From the NCBI GenBank assembly GCA_965248265.1, contig CBDFJF010000002.1, positions 736,001 to 800,000 of the forward strand: a stretch of 64,000 nucleotides of DNA, written 5' to 3'. Of this stretch, positions 20,274 through 29,579 are shown one piece after another. Position 1 is the stretch's first letter. Each line of letters starts with the position of its first letter. Made by a program: the position numbers and the translations under genes. The notes under the pieces were generated by a model. It ran no database searches, had not been told where the DNA came from, and saw only the letters and a list, made by a program, of their open reading frames with translations. Source of the stretch: Candidatus Latescibacterota bacterium (GTDB lineage: Bacteria; Latescibacterota; UBA2968; UBA8231).

Positions 20274-21189
20274 ACTCACAAGCAGATTGATCCTCAGCGC
20301 CCTGCTGCTTGCGGTCGGCGCGAGCACATCGAGGGTAGAGGCATCGGAAGGTGTGGTCGCCGATCTGCTGTACGTGATAAAGACGACGCCCGCACTGGTT
20401 TACCTGGACGCCGGGGCCCTGGAGGGCATGAGTGTTGGGGACGAGTATCTCCTGTTGCGCGAAAACGGAAAGGCTCGCTTCATGCAGGTTGGCGAGGCCA
20501 GGGTTGTCCGGGTTTCGGAAGAGTTCTCCATAGCCGAATTGCTGTCAGTGGAGACCGGGTACGAGATCGAGGTGCTGGACCAGGCAATCTCGGTGAAGGA
20601 TTGGCATGCGCTGGCAGATGAAGCGCGTGCAGCTGGAATCGAACCCTTGATCAGTAGACCGCGACAGATGAAGGATTCCTGGGACTATCCACGCACGTCC
20701 CTTCACATTCTGGGCGGAGCCGAATTCGGGCGCAACACCAGTCTGGTGTGGGACCAGAACTTCCTGATGGGCGCCAAGGACATTACGGATGCCGGCATCG
20801 GGCTGAGACTGGGCAAGGTGCTGGGGAGGCGCTGGAAGCTGAATTTTACCTGGCGTCTGGCGGGCAAGCCGCTTGGGTTGGAAGACGCTGACGTCACTGA
20901 GATGTCCCTATCCGTGGACACCCACCTGCTCTTGCGCGGCAACGATCGCACGACGCCCTACCTGGGGGTCGGAGTTGGCGGCCATCGGCTGACATGGGAC
21001 GCAGCCAAGCCAAACAAAGACTCGACGACGAAGGGGGGCCTCAATTTCATCGCAGGCCTGCACAAACCGGTCTCCGATGGCTTGAGTAGTCTCGTCCTGG
21101 AGACTGGATACCTGCGAGTCGCGAAATTCGACGACGTCATAGATCCCAGCAATATTCGCCTGTACGTCGGCCTCGGCAGGAATTTCTGA
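20245..21189 (+). CDS. hypothetical outer-membrane protein: FlgT_C-like domain plus beta-barrel
   Basis: Signal peptide; VYLDAGALEGMSVGD...VVRVSEEFSIAE; TPYLGVGVG; terminal YVGLGRNF. Confidence 0.6.
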   Translation: MKKMMKKSTKLTSRLILSALLLAVGASTSRVEASEGVVADLLYVIKTTPALVYLDAGALEGMSVGDEYLLLRENGKARFMQVGEARVVRVSEEFSIAELLSVETGYEIEVLDQAISVKDWHALADEARAAGIEPLISRPRQMKDSWDYPRTSLHILGGAEFGRNTSLVWDQNFLMGAKDITDAGIGLRLGKVLGRRWKLNFTWRLAGKPLGLEDADVTEMSLSVDTHLLLRGNDRTTPYLGVGVGGHRLTWDAAKPNKDSTTKGGLNFIAGLHKPVSDGLSSLVLETGYLRVAKFDDVIDPSNIRLYVGLGRNF

Positions 21190-21212
21190 AGAAAACGGGA
21201 CCGTTAAATTAG

Positions 21213-21243
21213 AACCGGCCGCTTATCGCGGTCGGTTTTTTTT
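21213..21243 (+). terminator. intrinsic terminator between convergent genes
   Basis: AACCGGCCGC-TTATC-GCGGTCGGTT stem-loop plus T-tract. Confidence 0.75.
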
Positions 21244-21246
21244 GGG

Positions 21247-22233
21247 CTACTCCTCAACGGCCGCTTTCTGTTTGCCGCTGACGCGCGAAACCCAGATGCT
21301 GATCTCATAGAGAACGAGCAGAGGCAAAGCCATAAGCAGCTGTGAGATCGGGTCAGGGGGGGTGAAAATGGCCGCCATCAGGAAGATGGCGACGACAGCA
21401 TAGCGACGAATGCGGCGCAGGTACTCGGGCGTCAGAAGACCTACACGCGAGAGAAACAAACTCACGACCGGCATCTCGAAGACGATGCCGAAACCGAGAA
21501 TCAGTTTCAACACGAGGCTGATGTATTCGGTGACCGCCCACTGCGAAGTCATCCCCTGCGGCTCCAAGCCCAGGAAGAACCGCAATCCCAGGGGCAGGAC
21601 GATCCAATAGGCGATGAGGGTACCCACCAGAAAACATATGACGCTGAGGCCGATCACAGGCAGGAACACGCGGGCTTCGCCCGTCAGCAGACCAGGCGCG
21701 ACAAACTTCCAAAATTGATAGAACACGAGTGGCAACGCCAGCACCAGACCTCCCAGCAGAGCAATCTGAATCTGCACGAAGAAATAGGTCATCGGCTTGA
21801 TGGCCTGCAGCTGCCGCGATATGGGCAGCGGTGCATCCGGATCAACGACAGCGCTCAGAGACGGTTGTGCGGAAGCGCCGAGCCATCGCTCCACAAGTGC
21901 CGAAATCGCCTCCACAGGTCCGGTGTCGCCAGCACGTAGCATGCTGCGCACTGAATCCTCGTAGGGATGAGTGAGGATCCTCAGCAGCTGATCGGAGATG
22001 GTGAAGGCGATGATGGCGCCGACGAGGATAGCGCCCAGGGCTTTGAGTATGCGCCAACGCAACTCCTCGAGATGATCCAGGAACGGCATCTCGTTCCCCC
22101 CGGATGCATCCAGCTCCGCATTCTCATCGGATGGGGCCACTTCGGCGCTCGAGGCGCCGGTGTCACCCGCAGTCTGGTCGTCGTCCGACGCCGTGTGGTC
22201 GTCCGACGCCGTGTGGTCGTCCTGTTCCGTCAT
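21247..22233 (-). CDS. tatC: twin-arginine translocase subunit TatC
   Basis: MPFLDHLEELRWR, FVAPGL, FGIVFEMP, TPPDPISQ. Confidence 0.95.
   Translation of the reverse strand: MTEQDDHTASDDHTASDDDQTAGDTGASSAEVAPSDENAELDASGGNEMPFLDHLEELRWRILKALGAILVGAIIAFTISDQLLRILTHPYEDSVRSMLRAGDTGPVEAISALVERWLGASAQPSLSAVVDPDAPLPISRQLQAIKPMTYFFVQIQIALLGGLVLALPLVFYQFWKFVAPGLLTGEARVFLPVIGLSVICFLVGTLIAYWIVLPLGLRFFLGLEPQGMTSQWAVTEYISLVLKLILGFGIVFEMPVVSLFLSRVGLLTPEYLRRIRRYAVVAIFLMAAIFTPPDPISQLLMALPLLVLYEISIWVSRVSGKQKAAVEE
22181..22222. repeat. 18-bp tandem repeat (about 2.3 copies) in the tatC 5' end
   Basis: TCGTCCGACGCCGTGTGG x2 + TCGTCC; encodes DDHTAS repeats. Confidence 0.8.
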
Positions 22234-22270
22234 GGATCCTCGGCATAATGCGAAGCAGATTTTTTCGTCG

Positions 22271-23857
22271 TCAAAACTTATTCCGGCTTCTGATGGCGAG
22301 CAAGAAAAGGAACGCGGCTGTCACTACCATATTCAGCTGCGCGAACCAATCGCCGTGGCGGGTGTAGAAAGTGGAGATTCGTGAGCGGGGGAGTTCGCGT
22401 AGGGCCACGGCCTCGGTGAAAATGGGTGTGCGATCGAAGGTCCGTCCATACGGATCGACGAACAGGGAGACTCCACTCGTGGCACAACGGGCGATCGCCC
22501 GGCGATTCTCGACAGCCCGCATGGCGGTCAGCTGCGCGTGCTGGTATGGGCCCGCCGTACGTCCGAACCAGGAATCGTTGGTGATGTTGACGAGGAGTTC
22601 GGCACCCTCCAAAACGCTGCGCCTGACGAAATCGGGAAACACTGATTCGAAGCAGATCAGCGCGGAGAATGACGCTCCCGAGCCGGGTAGCTCGAAGAGG
22701 GTGCGATTGCGTCCACGGGCGAACTCAGCTGGCCCGAGGTCTCCGGTCAGGGCGGTCCAATCGATGTCCCTGAGGAAGGGGATGGAGTCGCGAAACGGCG
22801 TGCGCTCCCCAAACGGCACGAGGTGCATTTTCGCGTACGCCACGGGAGGGCTGTCACCGTCAGGCAGCAGGAAGGCGGCGTTGTAGGGCTCTCTCGTGCT
22901 CAATTCAACGTCGGACGCGCCTGTCAGGATCGGCGTCTCCAGGGTCTCCACCAGCTTCCGCATACGCGATTGGCACTCAGGCCGGAGGGTCAGATAGCAC
23001 GGCAGCGCCGTCTCCGGCCAGACGATCAAATCAGGCTGATCCGAATGTTTGGTCACGATCGCAGTCGACAATCTTTCCAGGCTCTCGAAGCTCTTCTCCA
23101 AACCATTCGGGCCCCACTTGGACAGGCCCAGGTTATTCTGGACGAGCCCCACGATCACGGTGTCACCTTTTTGCGCCTGGTCCGCATCGGAGAGTACGGC
23201 CCATCCATACAGCAGAGGTCCACACAAGACGGCAAGTGACGCCGCTGCCCAACGCCGGCGTGTACCGGACTCGTCATGGTCCTCCAGCAGACTGGCCAGC
23301 AGCACATTGACCGCGACGATCCAAAACGAAACTCCGTACACGCCGGTGAACTCCGCGTACTGAATCGCCACGGGAGATCCCCCCTGGCTGTGACCGAGCA
23401 GCAGCCACGGGAATCCCAGCTCGCCCAGAGACAGGGCGTACTCCGATGCCGTCCACAACGCCGGGGCAGCCGTCAGAGCGCGGAAGCCCCAGTTGTGCAT
23501 CATCACCGCCAGTAGGAGCGTACACACTCCCCAATACAAACCCAGGTATGCGGCCATCAACGCGGTCCCGGCGACGACTGCAGGTCCGCCGCCTTGGGTG
23601 AACGCGACCCAGTAGAGACAAACAAGATTGAAGACGAAGCCCGCCTGCCAACCCGAACGAAAGGCCTGGCCGCGAGAGCTACGGAGCAGGGTTCCGAAAA
23701 GCGGAACCAGAGCGACAAACGCCCAGGGAGCTGCGAACATGAAGGCGAAGGAATGATCCGGCCTGGTCGGGAAGGCCAACGCCATGAGCAGACCACTCAA
23801 TGCGGCGAACGCCGTCCTGAGTCGGCTACTGTGCTCGATCGGAGATAATCGGTGCAT
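22271..23857 (-). CDS. lnt: apolipoprotein N-acyltransferase
   Basis: GFPW, VWPETA, KMHLVPFGE, ICFES, NITNDSWFG. Confidence 0.95.
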   Translation of the reverse strand: MHRLSPIEHSSRLRTAFAALSGLLMALAFPTRPDHSFAFMFAAPWAFVALVPLFGTLLRSSRGQAFRSGWQAGFVFNLVCLYWVAFTQGGGPAVVAGTALMAAYLGLYWGVCTLLLAVMMHNWGFRALTAAPALWTASEYALSLGELGFPWLLLGHSQGGSPVAIQYAEFTGVYGVSFWIVAVNVLLASLLEDHDESGTRRRWAAASLAVLCGPLLYGWAVLSDADQAQKGDTVIVGLVQNNLGLSKWGPNGLEKSFESLERLSTAIVTKHSDQPDLIVWPETALPCYLTLRPECQSRMRKLVETLETPILTGASDVELSTREPYNAAFLLPDGDSPPVAYAKMHLVPFGERTPFRDSIPFLRDIDWTALTGDLGPAEFARGRNRTLFELPGSGASFSALICFESVFPDFVRRSVLEGAELLVNITNDSWFGRTAGPYQHAQLTAMRAVENRRAIARCATSGVSLFVDPYGRTFDRTPIFTEAVALRELPRSRISTFYTRHGDWFAQLNMVVTAAFLFLLAIRSRNKF

Positions 23858-24056
23858 GGTCAGAGGTTACATTGGAGCGAGCCCGAGGCAAAGGGAGGCG
23901 GCGGTGTGTATGGTACGGATTGTGCTCGAACACGGCTACTCAGTGAAGTCTTCAGTGAGATTGTGAGACGTCATGTCGGCGACCGTGTATTCCCAAGATC
24001 ACATTTGTGGTCTTCAGGTAACACTCGGACCGACCTGGCAGCGACGACGAGAATAG

Positions 24057-24755
24057 TTGTGGAGGACGGAGATGGTCGACGCAGCAGGCCAACAGACGAG
24101 TGATTGTGTTGTCGACAGGCCACGAGAGAGACTCCGGCGCTGTGGTCCGGAAGCGCTCAAGGATCACGAGCTGGTAGCCATACTACTGGGGACGGGATAC
24201 CGGGGCAACAGCGTGATCGATGTCGCCAGGTCGATCGTGGCTTCTCATCCAAAAGAAGAGCTGATGACCATGTCATTGCATAGGCTGGCCAAGCTAAAGG
24301 GTGTCGGACACGCCAAAGCGTGCATGTTCGTGGCGGCCTTCGAGCTGACTCGTCGCGGTCTGGAGAAGGGAATCGGTATCTTGCCGGTTATTTCCCGGCC
24401 GACCGATGTCGTGCCTTCGTTGTCAGACATAAAGGATCAACGCAAGGAGTACTTCGTGTGTCTGTTTCTCAACGCCCGCAACCAGGTTATTCACAAGGAA
24501 GTCGTGTCGATCGGCAGTCTCTGCGCATCCATCGTTCATCCCCGTGAAGTATTCCACGCTGCCGTTCACCACTCTGCGGCCAGTGTGATACTGGCGCACA
24601 ATCATCCATCGGGGGATGTTTCTCCCAGCAAAGCCGATATCGAATTGACGCGACGGCTCGTTGACGCGGGTGGCATCCTGGGCATCGACGTACTCGACCA
24701 CCTCATCGTCGCGGAGTCAGACTTCGTGAGCTTTAAGGAACGGGGATTGCTGTGA
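24057..24755 (+). CDS. radC: RadC/JAB-domain protein
   Basis: RPRERL, ELVAILLGTG, VHPREVF, HNHPSG..PS..D, LDHLIV. Confidence 0.92.
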   Translation: MWRTEMVDAAGQQTSDCVVDRPRERLRRCGPEALKDHELVAILLGTGYRGNSVIDVARSIVASHPKEELMTMSLHRLAKLKGVGHAKACMFVAAFELTRRGLEKGIGILPVISRPTDVVPSLSDIKDQRKEYFVCLFLNARNQVIHKEVVSIGSLCASIVHPREVFHAAVHHSAASVILAHNHPSGDVSPSKADIELTRRLVDAGGILGIDVLDHLIVAESDFVSFKERGLL

Positions 24756-24820
24756 CAGGGGCGCTTTGGCGCGCCTCAGTTTTACTTGATTAATGGAAGC
24801 TATGGGGTATATTTGAAACA

Positions 24821-25606
24821 GTGTTGGGCAGGGCGTTGTCTCTCATGCGTCCGACAATCCCAAAGACTGACATGCAGAGAAAAAAACCAAAAAAAGATCA
24901 CCTAATCCCGGTATCGGTGTGGCGAATTTATCCGTATCCCGATGTCACGCCACCCGAAACGTTCCTCGTCGTTCTTAAGGGTGAGGAGGACCGGTTCGTA
25001 CCCATCTCCATAGGCTTTCCCGAAGGCCAATACCTGGTTATGGCCATGCAGGACATGTCGTTTCCGAGGCCGCTGACCCACAATCTGATAAAGAACCTGC
25101 TTGAAAAAGTGCGAGGTGAGGTCCATCAGCTTGTCGTACACACGCTGAAGGACGAAACCTTCCACGCGTATCTTTTGATCCAGACGCAAGAGGAAGTGTT
25201 CTATCTGGACTGTCGACCCAGCGACGGCATGATTCTGGCAACACTCATGAACATCCCAATCTTCATGAGTCCGGAGGTCATGGAGGAAGCGGGCCGCGAG
25301 TTGAGTGGCATGCTCAACATGGCCGACTTGAGTCAGGAAATCGCGGCAGAGACGGAGGCTGGCGAGTCGGAGCCGCTGCCGGATGCAGCCCTGATCGAAG
25401 TCGAGGTCAAAGCGGAAGAAACTGAAGTGGTCGAGGTAGAGGAAGTGGCCAGCGGAGTCACGGATCGCGCCCCCGCGGATTGTGATCTGAGCGACTTGGA
25501 TTTATTGAAGGCACAGCTCGACAGACTCGTCGCCGAGGAAGCGTACGAGGAAGCCGCGCGTGTGAGAGATCAGATCATTCAGATGGAGGACGAATCTCCC
25601 AGCTGA
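24821..25606 (+). CDS. bifunctional nuclease (DUF151) with C-terminal UVR domain
   Basis: PISIG..E, RPLTH, DCRPSD; EAYEEAARVRDQI; true start may be a downstream Met. Confidence 0.85.
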   Translation: MLGRALSLMRPTIPKTDMQRKKPKKDHLIPVSVWRIYPYPDVTPPETFLVVLKGEEDRFVPISIGFPEGQYLVMAMQDMSFPRPLTHNLIKNLLEKVRGEVHQLVVHTLKDETFHAYLLIQTQEEVFYLDCRPSDGMILATLMNIPIFMSPEVMEEAGRELSGMLNMADLSQEIAAETEAGESEPLPDAALIEVEVKAEETEVVEVEEVASGVTDRAPADCDLSDLDLLKAQLDRLVAEEAYEEAARVRDQIIQMEDESPS

Positions 25607-25612
25607 TTGCTT

Positions 25613-25692
25613 CCCAACTGTCATTTCCAAACTGTTCATCTCCAAACTGTTCATCTCCAAACTGTTCATCTCCAAACTGTTCATCTCCAAAC
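25613..25692. repeat. 15-bp intergenic tandem repeat
   Basis: TCCAAACTGTTCATC x4 perfect (25626-25685), 7-bp partial copy after, one degenerate copy before. Confidence 0.92.
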
Positions 25693-25712
25693 CGGACGAA
25701 CGGTGCATTTCC

Positions 25713-25743
25713 CCTCGGAGCGAGAAAGCCCCGAGGTTTTTTT
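25713..25743 (+). terminator. intrinsic terminator
   Basis: CCTCGGAGC-GAGAAA-GCCCCGAGG hairpin plus T-tract. Confidence 0.65.
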
Positions 25744-25821
25744 GTTGTTTTTCGTACGGTTACAGCACTCCTGCGAGATTGGCGCAGGCTTAATACCCAT
25801 ACACAACAGGAGTAACACAAC

Positions 25822-26271
25822 ATGCGCTCGCTATTCGTTCCACTGTTGTTGGCGACAGTATGGTGCGCGACGGACGTATCCGCCCACTGTGAGATACCCT
25901 GCGGCATCTACGGTGACGATGCCCGTTTCGCAAGTATTCTCGAGGACATCGAGACGATCCAAAAGGCGATGACTCAGATAGACAAACTCTCAGACAGCAC
26001 GAACAATATCAATCAGCTGACCCGGTGGGTGAACAATAAAGAAACCCACGCGAACCATGTACAGGAGGTCGTCACGCAGTATTTCATGACGCAACGAGTC
26101 AAGCTGCCGGATTTCACCGATGAAGCTGCGGTTACTTCATACCGCGACAAGGTGGCGCTGCTGCATCAGATGCTCGTCTACGCGATGAAGTGCAAGCAGA
26201 CGACCGATCCTGCCAACGCTGAGCGGTTGCATGAGTTGACTCATCTTTTCAAGAAAGCGTATACGAATTAA
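25822..26271 (+). CDS. sodN: nickel superoxide dismutase
   Basis: Ni-hook HCEIPCGIY directly after signal peptide (VSA|H); RWVNNKETHA, KCKQTTD. Confidence 0.93.
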   Translation: MRSLFVPLLLATVWCATDVSAHCEIPCGIYGDDARFASILEDIETIQKAMTQIDKLSDSTNNINQLTRWVNNKETHANHVQEVVTQYFMTQRVKLPDFTDEAAVTSYRDKVALLHQMLVYAMKCKQTTDPANAERLHELTHLFKKAYTN

Positions 26272-26470
26272 TCACTGCGTGATTACTCCGCACACGCTTT
26301 TCGGAGTTGGCCAAAAAGCAAACTCCTGGAAGGTGTTCCTGCGTGCAGAAGAAGAGGTTCGGGCCCCGACTAACAGCACACAGGGTGGCAAGCGTCCAAT
26401 GAATCTTGCTTTCGCGGCAACAAACCCGTTGCGGGCAACGCGGCGCGTGCGACTGCCGTTTTGGAAGCTA

Positions 26471-27406
26471 CTAGAACGTGCTGTTCAGGGAGATGCGGTG
26501 GACGTCGCCGAGGGCGGGGAATGAGGTGAAGGCGTAGTCTACGTGATAGCGCTGCATGGCAACGCCGGCGCCGGCTGTCAGGCCTATGGTCTCCTCACCG
26601 TCCAGTCCGGTCTGTTGCATGCTGTACCCGGGTCTCACGAGCAGACCTTTGCCGAGGTTGAGTTCAGCGCCGAAAGTCAGGTAGGCGTCGTTGTCATTGG
26701 GAACGTTGAGGTCAGCCAGCACTGTCATGGGCACAGGTGCGTGAGCGGGTTGATGGCTGAGGCCTACTTTGAACAACACGGGCAGGGAATCCTCGAAGGA
26801 GTCCGTAAAGCCACTTCGCACAGTGCCGACGTTGGCGAGTGAGGCTCCCAGCGTCATGCCGTCAATTGGGCCCGACGCCAGCACACCCAGGTCGATGGCG
26901 TAGGCGTCTGACGTGTAGTCGTCGATGCTGGAGTAGATGGCTTTGAAGCTGACTCCCATTGTCAGGCGGCGCTGCCATACCTTTTGCGCGGCCGTGATCT
27001 GGGCGGCCATGTCGAACGCTCCGAAGGTGCCCGTGGGGTTGCCTTTATCATTCGTGCCTTGCAGCTCGCCGTGAGTGAAATAGTTGACGCTGGCACCCCA
27101 GACGCGGTCCTGGCCGGGAAAAGCCAGGCTGATGAATCCCGCCTCCGTATCGACTAAATAGCTAGTCAGTGACAGAGAGGCGCTGCGCTCGCTGAGGCCA
27201 AAGAGGCTGGCGGGATTCGACGCTGCCGCCTCCAGGTCTCCAGACAGAGCCGTATTGGCGCCGCCCAATGCAGCCGTGCGGGCTCCGACGCCGATCTTCA
27301 GAAAATTGAATCCAGTAGTACCGGCGCTGCTGTTGATCGCCGGGGTGCTCTGCGCGGACGCCAACAGCAGGGCGATCGCGACCAATCTGATTCTCGAACC
27401 GAACAT
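26471..27406 (-). CDS. PorV/PorQ-family outer-membrane protein
   Basis: FLKIGVGARTAALG, NPASL, VDYAF...LGDVHRISL, terminal F. Confidence 0.8.
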   Translation of the reverse strand: MFGSRIRLVAIALLLASAQSTPAINSSAGTTGFNFLKIGVGARTAALGGANTALSGDLEAAASNPASLFGLSERSASLSLTSYLVDTEAGFISLAFPGQDRVWGASVNYFTHGELQGTNDKGNPTGTFGAFDMAAQITAAQKVWQRRLTMGVSFKAIYSSIDDYTSDAYAIDLGVLASGPIDGMTLGASLANVGTVRSGFTDSFEDSLPVLFKVGLSHQPAHAPVPMTVLADLNVPNDNDAYLTFGAELNLGKGLLVRPGYSMQQTGLDGEETIGLTAGAGVAMQRYHVDYAFTSFPALGDVHRISLNSTF

Positions 27407-27484
27407 GCTCTTCTCTTGCCTTTCGTCTGATTGTCAGGCCCATGGTCGAGGCCACGACAGACGGTCGCGCAGCGACCGGGGTGA

Positions 27485-28939
27485 TCAATTCGGGGACAGT
27501 CCTTCCAGGACGTGTGCCGCTCGCAACAGTCCTGCTTCTTCGAACGGAGGCGCCAGAAGTTGCGCGCCGATCGGGAGTCCCTGCGAGCTGGTCGCCACTG
27601 GCACCGAAATACCGGGAAGTCCCGCGAGGTTGACCGCAACAGTATAGACATCGTTAAGGTACATCTGCAACGGGTCATCGACCTGCTCGCCGATCTTGAA
27701 CGCCGTCGTCGGCGCCACCGGTGATAGCAGAAAATCACAGCGTTCGTAGGCGCGCTCGAAGTCCTGCCGAATCAGGGTCCGGACTTTCTGCGCCTTAAGG
27801 TAGTAGGCATCGTAGTAGCCGGCACTCAGCACATAGGTGCCCAACATGATGCGACGCTTGACCTCCTCGCCGAAGCCCTGGCTTCGAGTCAACCGGTACA
27901 TTTCCTGCAGATCCGATTTGCCCTTACCTGCCCTGAAAGCATAGCGGACCCCATCGTAGCGTGCCAGATTGGCCGAGGCTTCCCCCATGGCCACTATGTA
28001 GTAGGCACCGACGCAATAATCGGGATCGGCAGCTACCGGTAGTGATATGTCGGAGACCATGATGGCACCGGACGATTCAAGATGACGGGCCGCAGCCTCT
28101 ACGGCAGTCCGAATCTCCGGATCCAAACCAGCGCCGAAGTACTCCGGTGCAATGCCTATTCTAAGACCCTCGACTCCGGCATCGAGTTTCTCAAAATAAT
28201 CGGGCTTGGTGATGTCGGCGGACGTCGCATCACGGGTGTCTCTGCCGGCGATCGCATCTAGAAGCAGTGCCGCGTCTTCCACGTCCTTGGTCACCGGACC
28301 GATCTGGTCGAGAGAGGATGCGTAGGCGACCAGGCCGTACCGTGAAACCCGCCCGTAGGTCGGTTTCAACCCGACTACGCCACAGTAACCCGCCGGTTGG
28401 CGTACGGATCCCCCCGTGTCTGAGCCAAGCGCCAGAATGGTTTCGTGTGCGGCCACGGCGGCGGCGGATCCGCCACTTGAGCCGCCCGGCACACATTCGC
28501 CGTTCACCGGGTTGCGGGTCGGTCCGAAGTAGGAGTTCTCGTTGGACGATCCCATGGCGAACTCGTCCATGTTGGTTTTGCCCAGCAACACGGCGTCCGC
28601 CAGCCGCATGTGCTCGATCACCGTGGCGTCGTAGGGAGGGTTGTAGTCATTGAGAATCCGCGAGCCGCAGGTGGTCGTGCTGCCTCGGACACAGATCAGG
28701 TCCTTTACGGCGACTGGGATTCCGGCCAGCGCGCCCAGTGGCTCCCCGCGAACGCGTTTTTCGTCAATGGCTTCGGCCTGTCGCAAGGCATCATCAGCAT
28801 CGACGCTGATGAACGCGTTGATCTCAGGCTCGCGCTCGTCGATCGTGTCCAGCGCAGCTTGTGTGACTTCGCGGGCACTCGTTTCCCCGGCCGCCAGCAT
28901 CGGAAGCAGTTCGTGAGCAGTGAGATGACTGAGAGACAT
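27485..28939 (-). CDS. gatA: Asp/Glu-tRNA amidotransferase subunit A
   Basis: GKTNMDEFAMGSS, PGGSSGGSAA, GSDTGGSVRQPA, RRIMLGTYVLSAGYYDAYY. Confidence 0.97.
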   Translation of the reverse strand: MSLSHLTAHELLPMLAAGETSAREVTQAALDTIDEREPEINAFISVDADDALRQAEAIDEKRVRGEPLGALAGIPVAVKDLICVRGSTTTCGSRILNDYNPPYDATVIEHMRLADAVLLGKTNMDEFAMGSSNENSYFGPTRNPVNGECVPGGSSGGSAAAVAAHETILALGSDTGGSVRQPAGYCGVVGLKPTYGRVSRYGLVAYASSLDQIGPVTKDVEDAALLLDAIAGRDTRDATSADITKPDYFEKLDAGVEGLRIGIAPEYFGAGLDPEIRTAVEAAARHLESSGAIMVSDISLPVAADPDYCVGAYYIVAMGEASANLARYDGVRYAFRAGKGKSDLQEMYRLTRSQGFGEEVKRRIMLGTYVLSAGYYDAYYLKAQKVRTLIRQDFERAYERCDFLLSPVAPTTAFKIGEQVDDPLQMYLNDVYTVAVNLAGLPGISVPVATSSQGLPIGAQLLAPPFEEAGLLRAAHVLEGLSPN

Positions 28940-28960
28940 GCAGGAGCGGATACCTAGACA

Positions 28961-29260
28961 CTAGCTCTTCGAGGTCTCATCGCTCGCGGAATCGCCGGAG
29001 GCCGGGGGGGGCGTCGTCGTGGTAGGCGGAGGGGGTGATGGAGCCGGCGTCTGGTTGGCGACGGTTCCGCCGATCGAGGGTCCCTTGTCAGCGCTCGTTG
29101 GCGAGATGTCAACTTCCTCCTGCACGTCGCGCATCGCCTTGCGAAACTCCTTGATCCCTTTGCCCAATCCCTGCGCCATCTCGGGAATGCGCCTGGCACC
29201 GAAGAGCAGGAGAACCACCAGGAAAATAAGCAGGAGTTCCCATTGACCTAGGCCGAACAT
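28961..29260 (-). CDS. tatA: twin-arginine translocase subunit TatA
   Basis: [35 protein letters not shown]. Confidence 0.93.
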   Translation of the reverse strand: MFGLGQWELLLIFLVVLLLFGARRIPEMAQGLGKGIKEFRKAMRDVQEEVDISPTSADKGPSIGGTVANQTPAPSPPPPTTTTPPPASGDSASDETSKS

Positions 29261-29280
29261 GACTACCTCCTACGCATGTA

Positions 29281-29559
29281 CTAGTATGAATACTTGAAGT
29301 AGTACCAACCGACGAAAATACCCAGCAAGGTGATGACGTTGAAGTGCAAAGAGAGCTCAAACGAGAGCGAAAGAATGATCAGGTTCAGGGCGTGAGGGCC
29401 GATGGGATAGGTAACATAGTCGAGAAGGGCTCTCTCCACGATGCTGCCGCCGCCGGCGACAAAATGTAGCACTATGCGCAACGCCTCGCCGATGATGTTG
29501 GCACCGAGGACGCTGATGAACAGTATGACAACCAGGTGGCTGACTCGTTTCTCAGTCAT
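29281..29559 (-). CDS. small membrane protein (DUF4321-like)
   Basis: Hydrophobic 92-aa ORF co-oriented within the operon. Confidence 0.55.
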   Translation of the reverse strand: MTEKRVSHLVVILFISVLGANIIGEALRIVLHFVAGGGSIVERALLDYVTYPIGPHALNLIILSLSFELSLHFNVITLLGIFVGWYYFKYSY

Positions 29560-29579
29560 TCAGCGACCCTTGGAAGGGA

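Noticed and set aside
25613-25692. Possible CRISPR array
   Set aside because: 15-bp units are contiguous with no spacers and no cas genes are present.
25502-25972. ORFs with MNSLE, GDEQF or LQTVH repeats
   Set aside because: Translations of the 15-bp VNTR; they overlap a terminator and real genes.
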